Part shown: piece by piece, positions 48,143-61,160 of the stretch
Layout of the letters: each line of letters starts with the position of its first letter
Position numbering within the stretch: the stretch's first letter is position 1
NCBI RefSeq assembly: GCF_018977255.1
Contig: NW_024704743.1
Location: 58,468,001-58,532,000, forward strand
DNA length: 64,000 nucleotides
Direction: 5' to 3'
Origin: Callorhinchus milii
Lineage: Eukaryota
The notes under the pieces: generated by a model
What the model saw: the letters and a program-made list of their open reading frames with translations, nothing else
Databases searched by the model: none
What the model was told of the DNA's origin: nothing
Position numbers and translations under genes: made by a program

Positions 48143-50672
48143 CAACAACAAGATTCCATTTATAGAGCACCTTTCACGTCGGGAGGACGTCCCAAGGCGC
48201 TGTACAGTTGGGTCAGGAGCCAAGCAGGGGGGAAATGGTCAGGATGAGGGGAGGGAAGGGAGGGAGCGAGGAGGGGGTAGAGAGTCGAGAGGGGAGCTGA
48301 AGGCACGGTCAAAGAGAAAGGTCTTGAGACCGGCCTTGAAGGAGGAAAGGGAGGAGGCGGCGAAGGCACTGGGGGATAGAGTTCCAGAGCCTCGGGGCTG
48401 AGAGGCTGAAGGCCCGGCCACCGATGGTAGGGCAGTTGGGCGGGGGATGTGGAGCAGACCGGTGCCAGAGGAACGGAGGGTATGGGTGGGTAGGTAGGGG
48501 GATAGTAGGTCAGAGAGGTAGGAGGGAGCAAGGCCGTGAATGGCCTTGTAGGTGAGGATGAGGATCTTGAATTCGATCCTCTGGGGGATGGGGAGCCAGT
48601 GGAGGCGAGCGAGGGTGGGAGTGATGTGGTCCCGAAGCCTGGTGCGGGACAGTACACGAGCTGCAGAGTTCTGAATGACCTGCAGCTTGTGGAGGGAGGT
48701 GCCGGGAAGGCCGGCGAGGAGAGAGTTCCCATAGTCCAGCCTTGAGGTGATAAAGGCGTGGACCAGTGTTTCAGCAGCGTGAGGGGTGAGGTAGTGCCGT
48801 AGTCTGGCGATATTCCGGAGGTGATGGAAGGCGGTGCCAGTTGTGGCGCGGATATGAGGGAGAAAGGACAGCTCAGGGTCGAACAGAACCCGAGGTTCCT
48901 GACTGGCTTTGAGAGGTGGAGAGTGCAGCCTTGGATGCTGATGCTGTCAGCGCCTGAGGTGCGGAGGCGCTGACGTGAGCCAATCAGGAGGGCCTCAGTT
49001 TTGCGCACGTTGAGCTGAAGAAAGTTGTCTCTCGTCCAGGACTCGATGTCGGACAGGCAGCTGTCAGGACATCGGTGGTCGTGGAGTTGAGGGTAGAGGA
49101 GGAAAGGTAGAGTTGGGTGTCATCCGCATACATGTGGAAGTTAACCCCATGTCTGCGGATGATGTCACCAAGGGGGAGCATATAGAGGGTGAAGAGGAGG
49201 GGACCGAGGACAGAGCCCTGAGGGACACCGCACGAGACAGTGCGGGGGCTGGAGGAAAAGCCATTCGTGGAAACAAAGTGAAGACGGTGGGAGAGGTACG
49301 ACCTAAACCACTCAAGGACAGGGCCTTGAAGGTTGAGGTGGGAGGACAAGCGGTGGAGGAGGATAGCATGGTCGACCGTATCGAATGCTGCCGATAGGTC
49401 GAGGAGGACGAGGAGGCAGAGGGAGCCCTGGTCACAGATGGTCAGGATGTCATTGGTGACCTTGACCAGGGCAGTTTCTGTGCTATGGGCAGCACGGAAA
49501 CCCGACTGAAGGGGTTCGAATAATGAATGGGTGGAGAGGAAAGAGCGCAGCTGGGAGGCGACAACTCGTTCAAGGACCTTGGACAGGAAGGGGAGGTTGG
49601 AGATGGGCCGGTAGCTTGATAGCTGCGACGCATCAAGGGAGGGTTTTTTCAAGGTGGGAGTGATGGTGGCAGTTTTTAAGGGAATGGGAACAGAGCCAGA
49701 GGAGAGGGACAGGTTGACGATGTCTGTGATATGTGGGGCAAGGAGGTGGAGCTGGGAGATAAGGAGTGGAGTGGGGATGGGGTCAAGGGAGCAGGTGGTG
49801 GGTTTCAGGGATAGGATGAGTTTGGTGACAGAGGGTGGGGAAACGGGTACGAAAGTGTGTAGGGGAGGATGGGTAGGAGTCGGAGTGTGGGAGGGAAGGG
49901 GTGGGGGTGGGTGGATGTTGGAGGGGAAGTGACCGCGGAGCGGATTCCCTTGATTTTGGATTCAAGGAAATCCAGCATCTCCTCGCAGTGAAGGTTGGAG
50001 GAGATGACCTGCGCGGGGTGGCGGGGGGACGGAGGAGTCGGGATGTGGTAGAAAACAGTAGCCTGGGGTTGTTCTTCGCCTCCAGGATTATCCTGGAGTA
50101 GAAGGACGACTTGGCCGAGGCTAGAGTGGAGCGGTAGATTTTGAGGAGGTCCAGCCAGATTTGTTGGTGGACCGTTAGGCCAGATTTGACGCAGGTGCGT
50201 TCAGCGGCCCGCACCTGGCTCTTCAGTGAGCGGAGGTGGGTGGTGAACCAGGGGGAGGAGCGAGAGTAGGAGACAGTACGGGAGGTGATGGGGGCAAGAG
50301 TGTCAAGTGTGGAGGAGAGGGTGTTGTGGAGGAGGGTGAGAGGAGAAGAGGGGTCAGTGAGGGTTGAAGGCCAGAGGGAGAGGAGTTCAGAGGACTCCAA
50401 GGCAGCGGTTAGGGATTGTGGGGGTAACTTCTTCCAGGGGCGGTAGAAGATGGTGGTGGGTCTGGTGGAGGTGGGGAGGGGGGTGGAGGTGGTGAAGGAG
50501 ATGAAGTGGTGATCGGAGACGGCCTTGTCGGTGATAGTGACATCCGAGACACTGAGGCCCCGGGTGATCACCAAGTCGAGTGGGTGGCCGTGACTGTGAG
50601 TGGGGGAGTTGATATGGAGGGAGAGGTTGAGCGAGGAGAGCAGGGAAGAGAAGTCTGAGGAGATGGAGCAGG
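48143..50672 (-). mobile_element. Young 5'-truncated L2-clade LINE: C-terminal APE, RT and 3' UTR
   Basis: THSHGHPLDLVITRG...SDH (APE) in ORF 49783-50766, intact RT motifs in ORF 48984-49652, a few frameshifts, 3' stem-loop and (TTG)n at ~48143-48203. Confidence 0.95.
48984..49652 (-). pseudogene. L2 reverse transcriptase core
   Basis: [67 protein letters not shown]; frameshifted on both sides. Confidence 0.95.
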
Positions 50673-52640
50673 AATTATACATAGAATTATACAGCACAGA
50701 AGGAGGCCATTCGGCCCATCGTGTCTGTGCCGGCTGTTTGAAAAGAGCTATCCAAATCAATCCCACTCCCCTGCTTTCTCCCCATAGCCCTGCAAACTTG
50801 TTCTCCCCAAATATCTATCTACTTATTATTATTATATTATTATTATTATATAATTATAATAATAATAATAATAATCCTTGCATTTGGTATAGCGCTTTTC
50901 ACGTCGGGAGGACGTCCCAAAGCGCTTCACAGAACACACTGTAAAGTGAATTGACTGTATATTTGTGGGCGAACGCGGCAGCCAATTGCGCACAGCAATG
51001 TCCCACAAACAGTCGTAGATTGAAAATGACCAATTTAATTATTGTTTTTTTTTTTTTTTGGAGGGATTATTATTAGGCGTGTGGAGTAAGGAAACTTGCC
51101 CAAGGTTTCGCCCTCTGCCTGGAATTGAACTCAGGTCTCTCACTTGCAAAGCGAGTGCTCTAACCACTGAGCTACAGGACTCCACGATTAATTATATTAT
51201 TATTATTACTTCTCTCTTTAAAATTGTTATCGAATTAGCTTCCATCACCCTTTCAGGCAATGCTTTCGAATTCGAACAACTCGCTGTGTGAAAAAAATTC
51301 TCCCCTCCTACCCTCTGGTCCTTTTGGCAACTATTTTAAATTTGAACACCTCTATTAAATCTCCCCTTAACCTTCTCTGCTCCAAGGAAAATAATTCTAG
51401 CTTCTCTAGCCTCTCTTGATAACTGAAGTACCTCATTGTTAGTTCCATCCTGGTAAATCTACTTTGCACCCTCTCCAATGCCTTGACATCCTTCCTAAAG
51501 TGTGGTGCCCAGAACTGAACACAGTACTCTCGCTGAGGCCTAAGCAGTGTTTTATAACGGTTCATCAGAACTTCTTTACTTTTGTATTCTATGCTCTTAT
51601 TTATAAAACCGAGTATCCCATATGCTTTTTTAATATCTTTTTCTACCTGTCCAGCCACCTTCAAAGATTTACTTATATGAACCACCGGGTCTCTCTGTTC
51701 CTTCACCCCCTTTAAGATTGTACCATCGGCTTATATGGCCTCTCCTCAATCTTCCTCCTAAAATGCATCACTTCACATTTCTCCACATTAAACTTCATCG
51801 GCCACCTGTCTGCCCATTTTACCAGTCTGTCTATGTCCTTTTGCAATCTGCTACTAACCTCCTCACCATTTACTACTTTTCCTAGCTTTGTATCATCTGC
51901 AAACTTGGAAATTTTGCTCCCTATACTCAAGTTCAGGTCATTTATGTAGATTGAAAGAGAGGTGGTCCCAATACCTTCTCCTCCGATGCTGTGGCATTGG
52001 CTGCATCACTGCAGGTTTAGAATTCAATATGCCATTGCATAACATCCCCAGTGCATAACATCACATTTTCCTTTCTCCAAGGACTTAAATAAGCTGTCAT
52101 TGTTTATGTAATATATTATCCTAATTAAAGAGCTACTGTGAGTGGCTGTGAGAGGGGTTAGCTCTAGGGGCTATTGAGAAGAACCCATCAAATGGATCTC
52201 AAAATGGATACAGTGGGGCCACTGCTATATACTTCTCTCCAGTCAGAAAAACAGCCGTTCACCATGACTCTGCTTTCTGTCTTCTAGCCAGTTTTGTATC
52301 CTTGCTGCCACTGTCCCTTTGAAACCATGGGCTTCTATTTTTCTAACAAGTCTATTATGTATTATTTTATCAAAGCCTTTTGGAAATCCATATATACTGC
52401 ATCAACTGTACAACCTTCAGCCACCCTTTCCATTACTTAATTAAAACACTCTATCAGGTTTGCTAGACAAGATTTGCCTTTAACAAATCCATGTTGGCTG
52501 TCCTTTATTAACCCATACTTTTTGAAGTGAAAATTTATTTTGTTCTGGATTATCATCTCTAGAAGGGTTCCCTACTACTGACGGTAGGCTGACTGACCTA
52601 TAGTTCCTGAGTTTATCCTTCTCCCCCTATTTGTACAGGA
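50673..52640 (-). mobile_element. 5'-truncated CR1-clade LINE (RT domain to tail), interrupted by a SINE and a ~240-bp insert
   Basis: ISKFADDTKLG, MKFNVEKCEVMH, RPQREYCVQFWAP, LEQRRLRGDLIEVFK; (TTCTATG)-type tail at ~50675-50690. Confidence 0.93.
50850..51185 (-). mobile_element. Young tRNA-Ala(TGC) SINE inserted in the CR1
   Basis: Near-identical to the other young copies; ATTATATTATTATTATTA on both flanks. Confidence 0.96.
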
Positions 52641-52679
52641 GAAGATTGAAAGATTGTGGCCAACCTGTTTCCTGTGTTA

Positions 52680-52850
52680 ACCTGTTTCCCCACCTTCAAA
52701 TCCTGCCTAAAGACTATCCTTTTTGATCATGGTTATGGTTACCTCCCCCTTCTCTCTCCCCTTGGCTTGTTGTCAGACTCCGCCACCGAGAAATGCTCCG
52801 GAACGCTACCCAACATGAAGGGTGCTACGTAAATGTACATTGATGTACTC
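52680..52850 (+). mobile_element. Degraded L2 3' end
   Basis: ccttcaaatcc...ttttgatcatg...catgaagggtgctacgtaaatgta. Confidence 0.6.
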
Positions 52851-53364
52851 TACAGAACCCCACAAAATATCCACAACATATCACATCATGTGCCATTTCA
52901 CAACCACATTGGCAATGCACATATCACATTGCTTTAGCAAGTGCCTCTTTGCATAATGCTGAGTGAGACTTAAATGAAAATAATCAGTTAAAATCAAATA
53001 AAGCACTGTGGTTAGGATACTGCAACAGTTTCAGCTTCCAGCAAGCAACCTACTTGCTCCAGGGTCACACGTCATTTCACCTGAGAGCAGTAATCGCTTT
53101 ATGTCTGGTAGAGAGAAACTCTTGAGTTGGAGGTTACATTCACATTTAAACATGAGGCCGTGCTGTGCTAATCAAAATCTACCAGCATAGTCATTCGATG
53201 GTTTCCTTCTCAATAGTCCCTAGAGCTAACCTCTCTGACAGTCACCCACAATAGCTCTTTAATTAGGATCATAGCCCCACATACACTCCAAAACTATTTC
53301 TCTGCACCCTGCTTCAGACCTCTGTCACACTTTGTTTCCTGGTCTCTTTTCTGAAGGGTTTTCA

Positions 53365-53685
53365 TCAGCTTGGCTGAATTGGTAGTCCCCTCATTACTAG
53401 GTCAAAAACCTGAAGCTTCAAGTTCTACGTCAGGTCTCACAGCCTGCTCCAACATTCTAGTATAGCGTTGGAGGAGTGCTGTCTTTTTGATGAGACATTA
53501 AGCCAAAGCCCCATCTGCCTATTCAGGTGGACATTAAAATTTCAATAACACAGTTGGAAAAGAGAAGGGAATTTCTGCTGGTTTCTGTTCAACAATCATT
53601 CAGATGAATTGGCTATTCAACTTGTGGCTGTTTGTGAGATCGTGCCAGTACAGATAACTACTGTGTTTACCTACAAAATACAGCC
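53365..53685 (+). mobile_element. Old Deu-domain SINE
   Basis: tcagcttggctgaattggtag head; ccatctgcctattcaggtggacattaaa core. Confidence 0.8.
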
Positions 53686-55371
53686 TATCGAGGTAGACTG
53701 TAATTTCCAGTAATTGACAGTAATTTTCCAGTGCCTTGGGACGTCTTCCCAATGTGAAAGGCTCCATACAAATGTAATTTGTTGTTGTTGCTAATGATGA
53801 ATTGCTTAGCAGTGCTTAGAGATGTTTTGCTTGAGTGAAGCACTATAGCGGTACAAGTACTTTTTCTTATTATTGTTTGGTCTAAATGTTCTATCGAGTG
53901 AATATACTTCAAATACCTCTTAGGATTTTGAAATGCTCCAATTCTGTAAATTACCATTTTCTTTCCATAAGATTTTATAATATTCTGTTTCTTATGTCTT
54001 TAGCATTTCACCACGTCACCACAAAAATAAATGAAATGCCCTTTCTCTCGTTGCTTGGGATGTTACTGATAGAAGTTAGCTGCCAGCGTTGCCTACATAG
54101 ACAATCACTGCTATTTGAAGTAATTCAATGTGCGAAGCATTTTGAAGCATCTGAGGCACCTCTTATCAATAGAAATCGTAAGTTTTGTCATTGGGGTTAA
54201 CATTGCAGTCTTCCTAACCCAGCCACCAACAATTAAGGAATGGAATAAAAATCATGGAAATTAACAATCCTTAAAACTGCCTTTAAAAGCAGATTTGGGA
54301 CTGAACATCACCATCCTCCAACCCCACAACTTCGGGAGAACTGTTCCTCTCGTCATGCTTGGAAATCAGAATATAAACACACCATCCTTGTCTTTGGTAG
54401 AATAAAGGAATGGATTTGTTACATTCTATGATAATGTATTGTGACCCAACTGTACAGCGCCTTGGGACGTCCTCCCGATGTGAAAGGCGCTCTGTAAATG
54501 GAATCTTGTTTTGTTGTTGTTGTTATATGATCTGAGAAACAGGCTTGATTGGCAAAATGGACCTTACCATGATCCTTACTTTGCTTTGTTTTAATTAACT
54601 TGCTCCAAAACTCATTCTTTCCTTTCCAGTTTATTTGAAGGTGACTCAATGTATTTGTTACAGCCAAACCACGTCCTTTACTTTGTGATTGAGTCGCCAA
54701 GGGGCTCACAAAAGACATTGGATCAATGATCTCAACTGGCTTCCAGGTCAGCATAACATGTACCTTATTAATCCTTCTTTGCCAAGTCAAAACAAATCAT
54801 TTTAGCTTCACTGAATTCACTAGGGAAAACAGTGTTAGATTTGCCTTCCACTAAAGAGCTGCCCATAGAAAATGATTATTGGTACGCTAACTGTATATGC
54901 TTAAATATAATGCAATGATACAACAACAACAATTTGTATTTATATTCCACTCTTCACACAGGATAGTGGCTCAGAGATTTTTCTTTCTTAACTTAAGTGC
55001 TCTTTCTTAAATTGAATTATACTAATATTTTCCATAAAACTAAAACGTAGAAGGAAATTCATACACTGTGATAGTTACAGAAATATTTCTGATGTTTTTT
55101 GAAAATATCAAGACATTTCTTCATAATTACGCAGCATTTGCCATTCACCTCTAAATTGCTCACTCATTGCTTAATTTCATAAGTTATCCACATAATACAA
55201 AAGTTTACATCCAGTTCAGAGAAATAATTCAAACAGCAAGACTGAAAATGTCTTTGTTCTGAACACTTGTTCCTTGTGTTGTTCAGGAGGCTGCTTTAAC
55301 TATTTAGCTTTTCATTATTCAAATCCGTGCCTCTATTTCTTTTGATCAAACTAATTTTCCTTTCCCGCTGT

Positions 55372-56532
55372 GAATGTATATGGATGACATCCAACTCTAT
55401 CTTTCTGCCTCCACCCTCGACTCCAGGACCACTGCTGTCCTGACAGAATGTCTGTCAGACATCAAGTCCTGGATGAGAGCTAACTTTCTTCAGTTGAACG
55501 TCAATAAGACCGAGGCTCTCCTGATTGGCTCCTGTCAGCTAATCTATACCACAGGCGCTGACAGCATCACCATCCATGGTTACACGCTCCACCTTACTAA
55601 GCCAGTCTGGAACATTGATGTCTTGTTTGACCCTTAACTATCCTTTCTACTCCACATCCATGCCATGACCCATTCTGCCTTCCCCCACCTCGGCAACATT
55701 GCCCAGCTCCGCCACTGTCTCACACTGCAGGCCTCTGAAACCCTCACATAGAACGCATTCTTAAATCCAGGCTGGACTATGCAAACTCCGTGTTTGTCAG
55801 CTTCCTCAACTCTTCCCTCCAGAGGCTGTAGCTCATCCAGAACTCTGCAGCCCGTGTCCTCTCCCGCACCAGGCTCCGTGACCCTATCACCCCCATCCTC
55901 GCCCGACTCCACTGGCAATTCATGATCCTGGCCCTCACCTTCAAAGCCCTCCATGGCCTTGCTTCCCCCTATCTCTAATATTACACCTAATAATAAACCC
56001 TCCAAAAAACAAAACAATAATAAATTGGTCATTTTCAATCCACGACTGTTTGTGGGACACTGCTGTGCATAATTGGCTGCCACGTTTTGTACACAAATAT
56101 ACAGTCAATTCACTTTACAGCATATTTTGTGAAGCGGTTTGAGACATCAAGAAGACGTGAAAAGCACTATATCAAATGCAAGGATTATTATTATTATCTC
56201 TGCGACCTCGTAACGCCCTACCAACCTGCACGCTCCCTCTGTTCAGGGCCTCCAGCCTGCTTCACGTGCCATTGGCAGGCGAGTCTTCAGCCACTCTGCC
56301 CCCACCCTCTGGAACTCCATCCCGTAGTCCCTCTGCCTTGCCCCTCTACCTTGCCTCCTTCAAGACCCATCCCAAGTCCCTCTTCTTCAATCGTGCCTTT
56401 GATCACCCTCCTGCCCTCCACCTTCCATAATCCCAACCCCAAGCTTGGGTCCTAAACACTGACTGTCCAGCGCCGTAGGACATCCTGCCGATGTGAAAGG
56501 CACTATAAAAATGTAATTTTGTTGTTGTTGTT
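55372..56532 (+). mobile_element. 5'-truncated L2 with a SINE 3' half inserted at ~55978-56197
   Basis: MYMDDIQLY...[15 protein letters not shown] on both sides of the SINE insert; stem-loop and (TTG)n. Confidence 0.92.
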
Positions 56533-56884
56533 GAATCATAAGGTTATCCTATTCTGCTCAGTGTTCATTCCCTCCTCTTGTAAGTTAATCACTTCCCATT
56601 TCAGCTCCTTTGAGATACCAGTACTGAGTGAAGTAATGATTTCATACCATGTGGTTTCTGATCAAGGAGCAGATTACTCAGCTGAGTCCTGTCCCTCCAT
56701 TACATTACATTCCATGCCCTGGTCTCATCAGGATAACAGCATTGAGAATGCAGTATTGTTACTCTATACAGCATCAATGGAAACTGTACATTTTCTAACA
56801 CTGTATTATAAACCTTGAGGTAATCAAATAAATAAAACCAAGGGGATGACTGTTGTAATAATAAATAATATAAATATATATTTG

Positions 56885-57615
56885 AGTATGGAAACTTGGA
56901 GTCTTGTTCAACCCTCAACTGTCTTTTAAACCTCACATCCGTTCTGCCTTCCCCTGACCTCCACAAAATTGCCTGGCTCTGCCACTATCTTTTCCCTCAT
57001 CCATGCCTTCATTATGTCCAGGCTTGACTATGCTAACTTCCTGCTCGGCAGACTTCCCAACTCTTCCCTTCACAAGATGAAAATCATTCAGAACTCTGCA
57101 GCTCATGTCCATGACCAAGCTCATGCATGTTCATGCACCAAGCTCCATGACTTGATTACCGCCATGCTCGCCCGGCTTCACTGGTTCTCCATCTTCCAGA
57201 GGATTGAGTTTAAGATCCTCGTCCTCACTTCCAAAGCTCTCCACGGACTTGCTCTTCCCTATCTCTCCAACCTGCTAAAGCTTCACCAAGCTGTCACTCC
57301 CTCCACTCAGCAGCCACTCACTTGCTCCACAACCCCCACCCTGCCCACTCTACCATCAGCGGTTGTTTCAATCTTTCTATCCCCACCCTCCAGAACTCCA
57401 CCGCAGAGCCTCCTCTGCCACTCCGCCTCCCTTAACTGCTTCAAGGTCCGTCTTAAGACCTTCCTCTTCAACTGTGCCTGTGGTCATCTTCCCACTCCCC
57501 TTGCTCTCCTCTTTTGATTCCAACCCCCGCTCAGGTGCAAATTCTTCACTGTCCAGCGCTTTGAGATGTCCTCTCAACATGGAAGGCGATATTTAAATGC
57601 AATTGTTTGTTGTTG
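56885..57615 (+). mobile_element. Older L2 3' fragment
   Basis: LIHAFIMSRLDYANFLL...IQNSAA...RIEFKILVL. Confidence 0.9.
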
Positions 57616-57655
57616 AGTAGGACTGTTAAGATCAATTGGTACATCATTTGCAAAT

Positions 57656-57815
57656 TGGAGTCTTGTAGCTCAATGGTTAGAGCCCTTGCCTCACAAGCGA
57701 GAGGCTTGGGTTCAATTCCCAGCAGGGTGAAACTTTGGGCATGTTTCAGCAGTAAATAGGAACTCGGTTGTTAGTCGATTGGTAGGTCGCATTTCTGGGG
57801 GTAATAATTCCTTCA
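57656..57815 (+). mobile_element. SINE 5' half, long variant
   Basis: tggagtcttgtagctcaatggttagagc head, B box gggttcaattcc. Confidence 0.85.
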
Positions 57816-58077
57816 ATTCTCCACAGTATCCAGAAAGAAGTGTAGAAAATGGGCTGAGAATAAGAATTTCCAAAATTTTGCACAATATTACGTTTGAAGA
57901 CAATGGTCTGAAGGCTAAGACCTCAAAAATGTCAAGTCTGTTTAGCAGCAGATTTTCCCTCCCCCATTCAAGGAAACCTAAGGCTATTAACACTATGCCA
58001 GCTTTTCCCTGAATCAGATCAACTAATTTAACACAATCTAGGAATCAAGCCTGCAACCTTCTTGTCTGTATGCCTTG

Positions 58078-58600
58078 GTGTCAGCCTGGCTTAGTTGGCA
58101 GCACTCTTGCCTTTGAGTCAGAAGATTGACAGTGGATAGTCCCATATCAGGGCTTTGAAATTACTCTAGGCCCACACTCCAATGCAATGCTGGGGATGTG
58201 CTGCATTGTCGGAGGTGCCGTCCTTGGGATAAAACATTAAACTGGGATCAGTCAATTCACTTTACAGTGTGTTCTGTGAAGCGCTTTGGGATGTCCTCCC
58301 GACGTGAAAAGCGCTATATCAAATGCAAGAATTATTATTATTATTATTATCCCGTCTTCCCGTTCAGGGGACGTTAAGAATCTCATAGCATTATTTGAAA
58401 AGGCAAAGGAGTCCTAGCCTTGTCCTAGCCATAATTCCCCAAATACAATTGATCTTTCACTTCACATCTGTTTGTGGGATATTCTGGGTGCAAATTGGCT
58501 GTTGTGTTCACCTACAAAGTCCAGTCACTATAGTTTACAGAAGTGAAGTGCTTTGAGATATCCTCCTAACATGAAAAGCTTTATATCAAATGCAAGCTAC
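58078..58600 (+). mobile_element. Old Deu-SINE with a young SINE 3' end inserted at ~58249-58348
   Basis: Head, core and tail present; the insert matches the young SINE tail. Confidence 0.87.
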
Positions 58601-60899
58601 TAATAAAAGTGCACCTTTGAAAAAGCGAACCTGATTTTAACACTACATTACATCACTCCTTCAGTCCATTTGCCTTCATTTAAAATAAAAAATATTATTC
58701 TATTCAAATAATTTTAATCAAATTATTCTGTGTGAATAGAATGAACTCGTTAATCATTAAAAAGCACTGTTGTCTCAGATCCAGCTGTAGATTTTGAGTG
58801 CTGCATTAGGGTTCATGACATTTCAGAAATGTTTGTGTTTGCTTTATAGGAATATACAGTAATAAAGACAGCAATCGTGGCATTCTCTTACTTGTCTATT
58901 CAAATTTCTTCGGTGGATGTGATATCTGCAGGCTATGGGATTAACCTGTTTGATGAAAAGAAAAATTAAACTATGGAGACAGAAATAAAATGAAACCCCA
59001 ACAAGATGATGAGCCCTGTCCCTTTAACAGACACTCAGGATATGGGTGTTAATATTAATCCCAATCCTTACATTTGTGTCCTGACTATATATTTGTAGAA
59101 AAATAAATTAATGAGAAAAATCCGTTACTTCAATCAACCTAATCCACATATGCAAATCAACTTCCATTGCCATAATTCATTGACATGTTTTTTTTCACTG
59201 CAACAACACCCTCCCAGCTTCATAAAGGCAATACGTGGCGTTGTCATTGTACAGCCCCGAAGGATGGTCTCCTACACAAGCTGAATATCCTCCCACCAGC
59301 CAAGCTATTAAAGGACAATTGAGAAGCAAAGCAGCAGGAGGACACAGGAAGAACAGATAAATAACTCAAACGTGAAAGATAAACCAAAGCCATAATGTAC
59401 GTGGAATAGTAAGAAAAGCATTCCCTACTAAACCCCTCCAGTGACAAGACTTTGTCATGAGCATAGGGACAGGAGGAGTAGGTCAATCAAGCCTGCTATG
59501 GCATTGTATTAGTTTATTAGAGCTTTTTATATTTTTAACCCGATTTTTCCATTCTTTATCCATACACGGTAATACCCATATTTGCCCATTACTTCCCAAG
59601 TGCCTTTCTATTTCTCTTTTAAACACCTAATAAAACAACCTCAGTAAATGACAAGAAGCTGAGCTGCATTATAGATTTCACAGTGTAACAGGGTTGACAA
59701 GGCAGTTCGTCTACACACAGGAATCAGTGCTGATATTGTGGTGCGTTATCTGTGGGTTGTTTTGGCTGTGCAACATAGTAATGGTGTTTTAGTTTCCTAA
59801 CCAATGAAACAGAGCTTACAGTCACCATAATAGTATTGAAAAATATATTTAATCGAAAATTGTCAGGATTTAAAGGGTAGAAGGTAGCGAGATTAGGCAT
59901 TATTTATTACATGTCTGCAAATGCTTCATGGCAGTAGAAGCCAAACATTAAATGCTTACATGATAGGTATTAAAGAATGTAACTATTCTTACTGTTTTGT
60001 CAATATTTTATGTTTATGCAATGCATAGAAAGATACATACAAATTTATATCTGTTTAATAAATGTTATCAAATTAAACCCTGACCCTAACACATAGGATA
60101 TGTTGCATGGTTTAAAAAAAAATATGATACTAAACTATTTCTTATATATTTGTGTATTTTAGTGTTGTATTTTAGTGTTATAGGATGGATGTTCAGTTCT
60201 GAAGGTTATACAGCTCTCAGAATGATACATTGCAAATTGCTGAAGAACGTAACAGTGAAAGTTTAAATATTGCTTTAACGGGGCAGAAAGCAACAGCATG
60301 CAGAACTCTAATCACTGTGGGACTATTCATTAACAGCAGTTACCTCGAATCATTCCATGTTATTTGCAGGGATATAGCTATAATCATAGTGGGGCATAAT
60401 GTCCACTGGATTGACGTTTGGTTGCTATAACTGTACAGATGTTCAGAAATCAGCTCATTACTGCGACTGTGGCTTTCCAAGTTCATGACCACATCCGATA
60501 CACTTGTTGTTTTTATTGCCTCCTGCAGTTGGCAAAAAAATTCTAACCTTGGAGTGGAAAGGGAGGAAAACTTCCTTCACTGTTACTTGGAAGTACATTG
60601 TTGCTGTAGTATTTAATGTGCAATCTGTGTGCACTTAAGATTTCAGCAAAGACAACAACAATTTGCATTTATACAGCACCCTTCATGTAGGATAACATCT
60701 TAGACTACACTGTCATTAATTACCAATTCAAAGATTTTTAATTACACATTACAGCTTTGTCTATTCGCTATGCTCCCACTGGACCATATTTAGACTTGTG
60801 TTACGGTTAATAAACACACTTCATGAACAACTTTTCTATGCAACACTTTCTGTGCAGTCAATTATTCAGTCAAGTATGATTAGCCCAAATAGTTTTCAG

Positions 60900-61160
60900 T
60901 AGGCTAATTCACTGTGGGAAGCATCACCGCTGAGCCCATCCCATCCTCACTAAGATTCACACACACACACACCTCCAACAGGTTCTTCTGATACTGATTG
61001 AGAGTGGGAACACTGAATGGGAACATTCATAACAATTTTAGTGCCCCTACTGCTGCCAGACTGATATTAGCTAGCTCAACACAGACTGGGGATCAAACCT
61101 GCGACTTTTCCTGTACTGCTCAGCTATTCACTAGATAAACCCGTTGAGCCATTGGGTGAG
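60900..61160 (-). mobile_element. Second ancient SINE family copy
   Basis: gtgcccctactgctgcc...attagctagctcaacacagactggggatcaaacctg, homologous to 41690-41995. Confidence 0.65.

Noticed and set aside
49888..49911. G-quadruplex motifs
   Set aside because: A by-product of the C-rich L2 sense strand, present in many copies and not locus-specific.
54419..54790. 123-aa minus-strand ORF
   Set aside because: It ends in an L2 tail, and no homology or in-frame acceptor was recognised.
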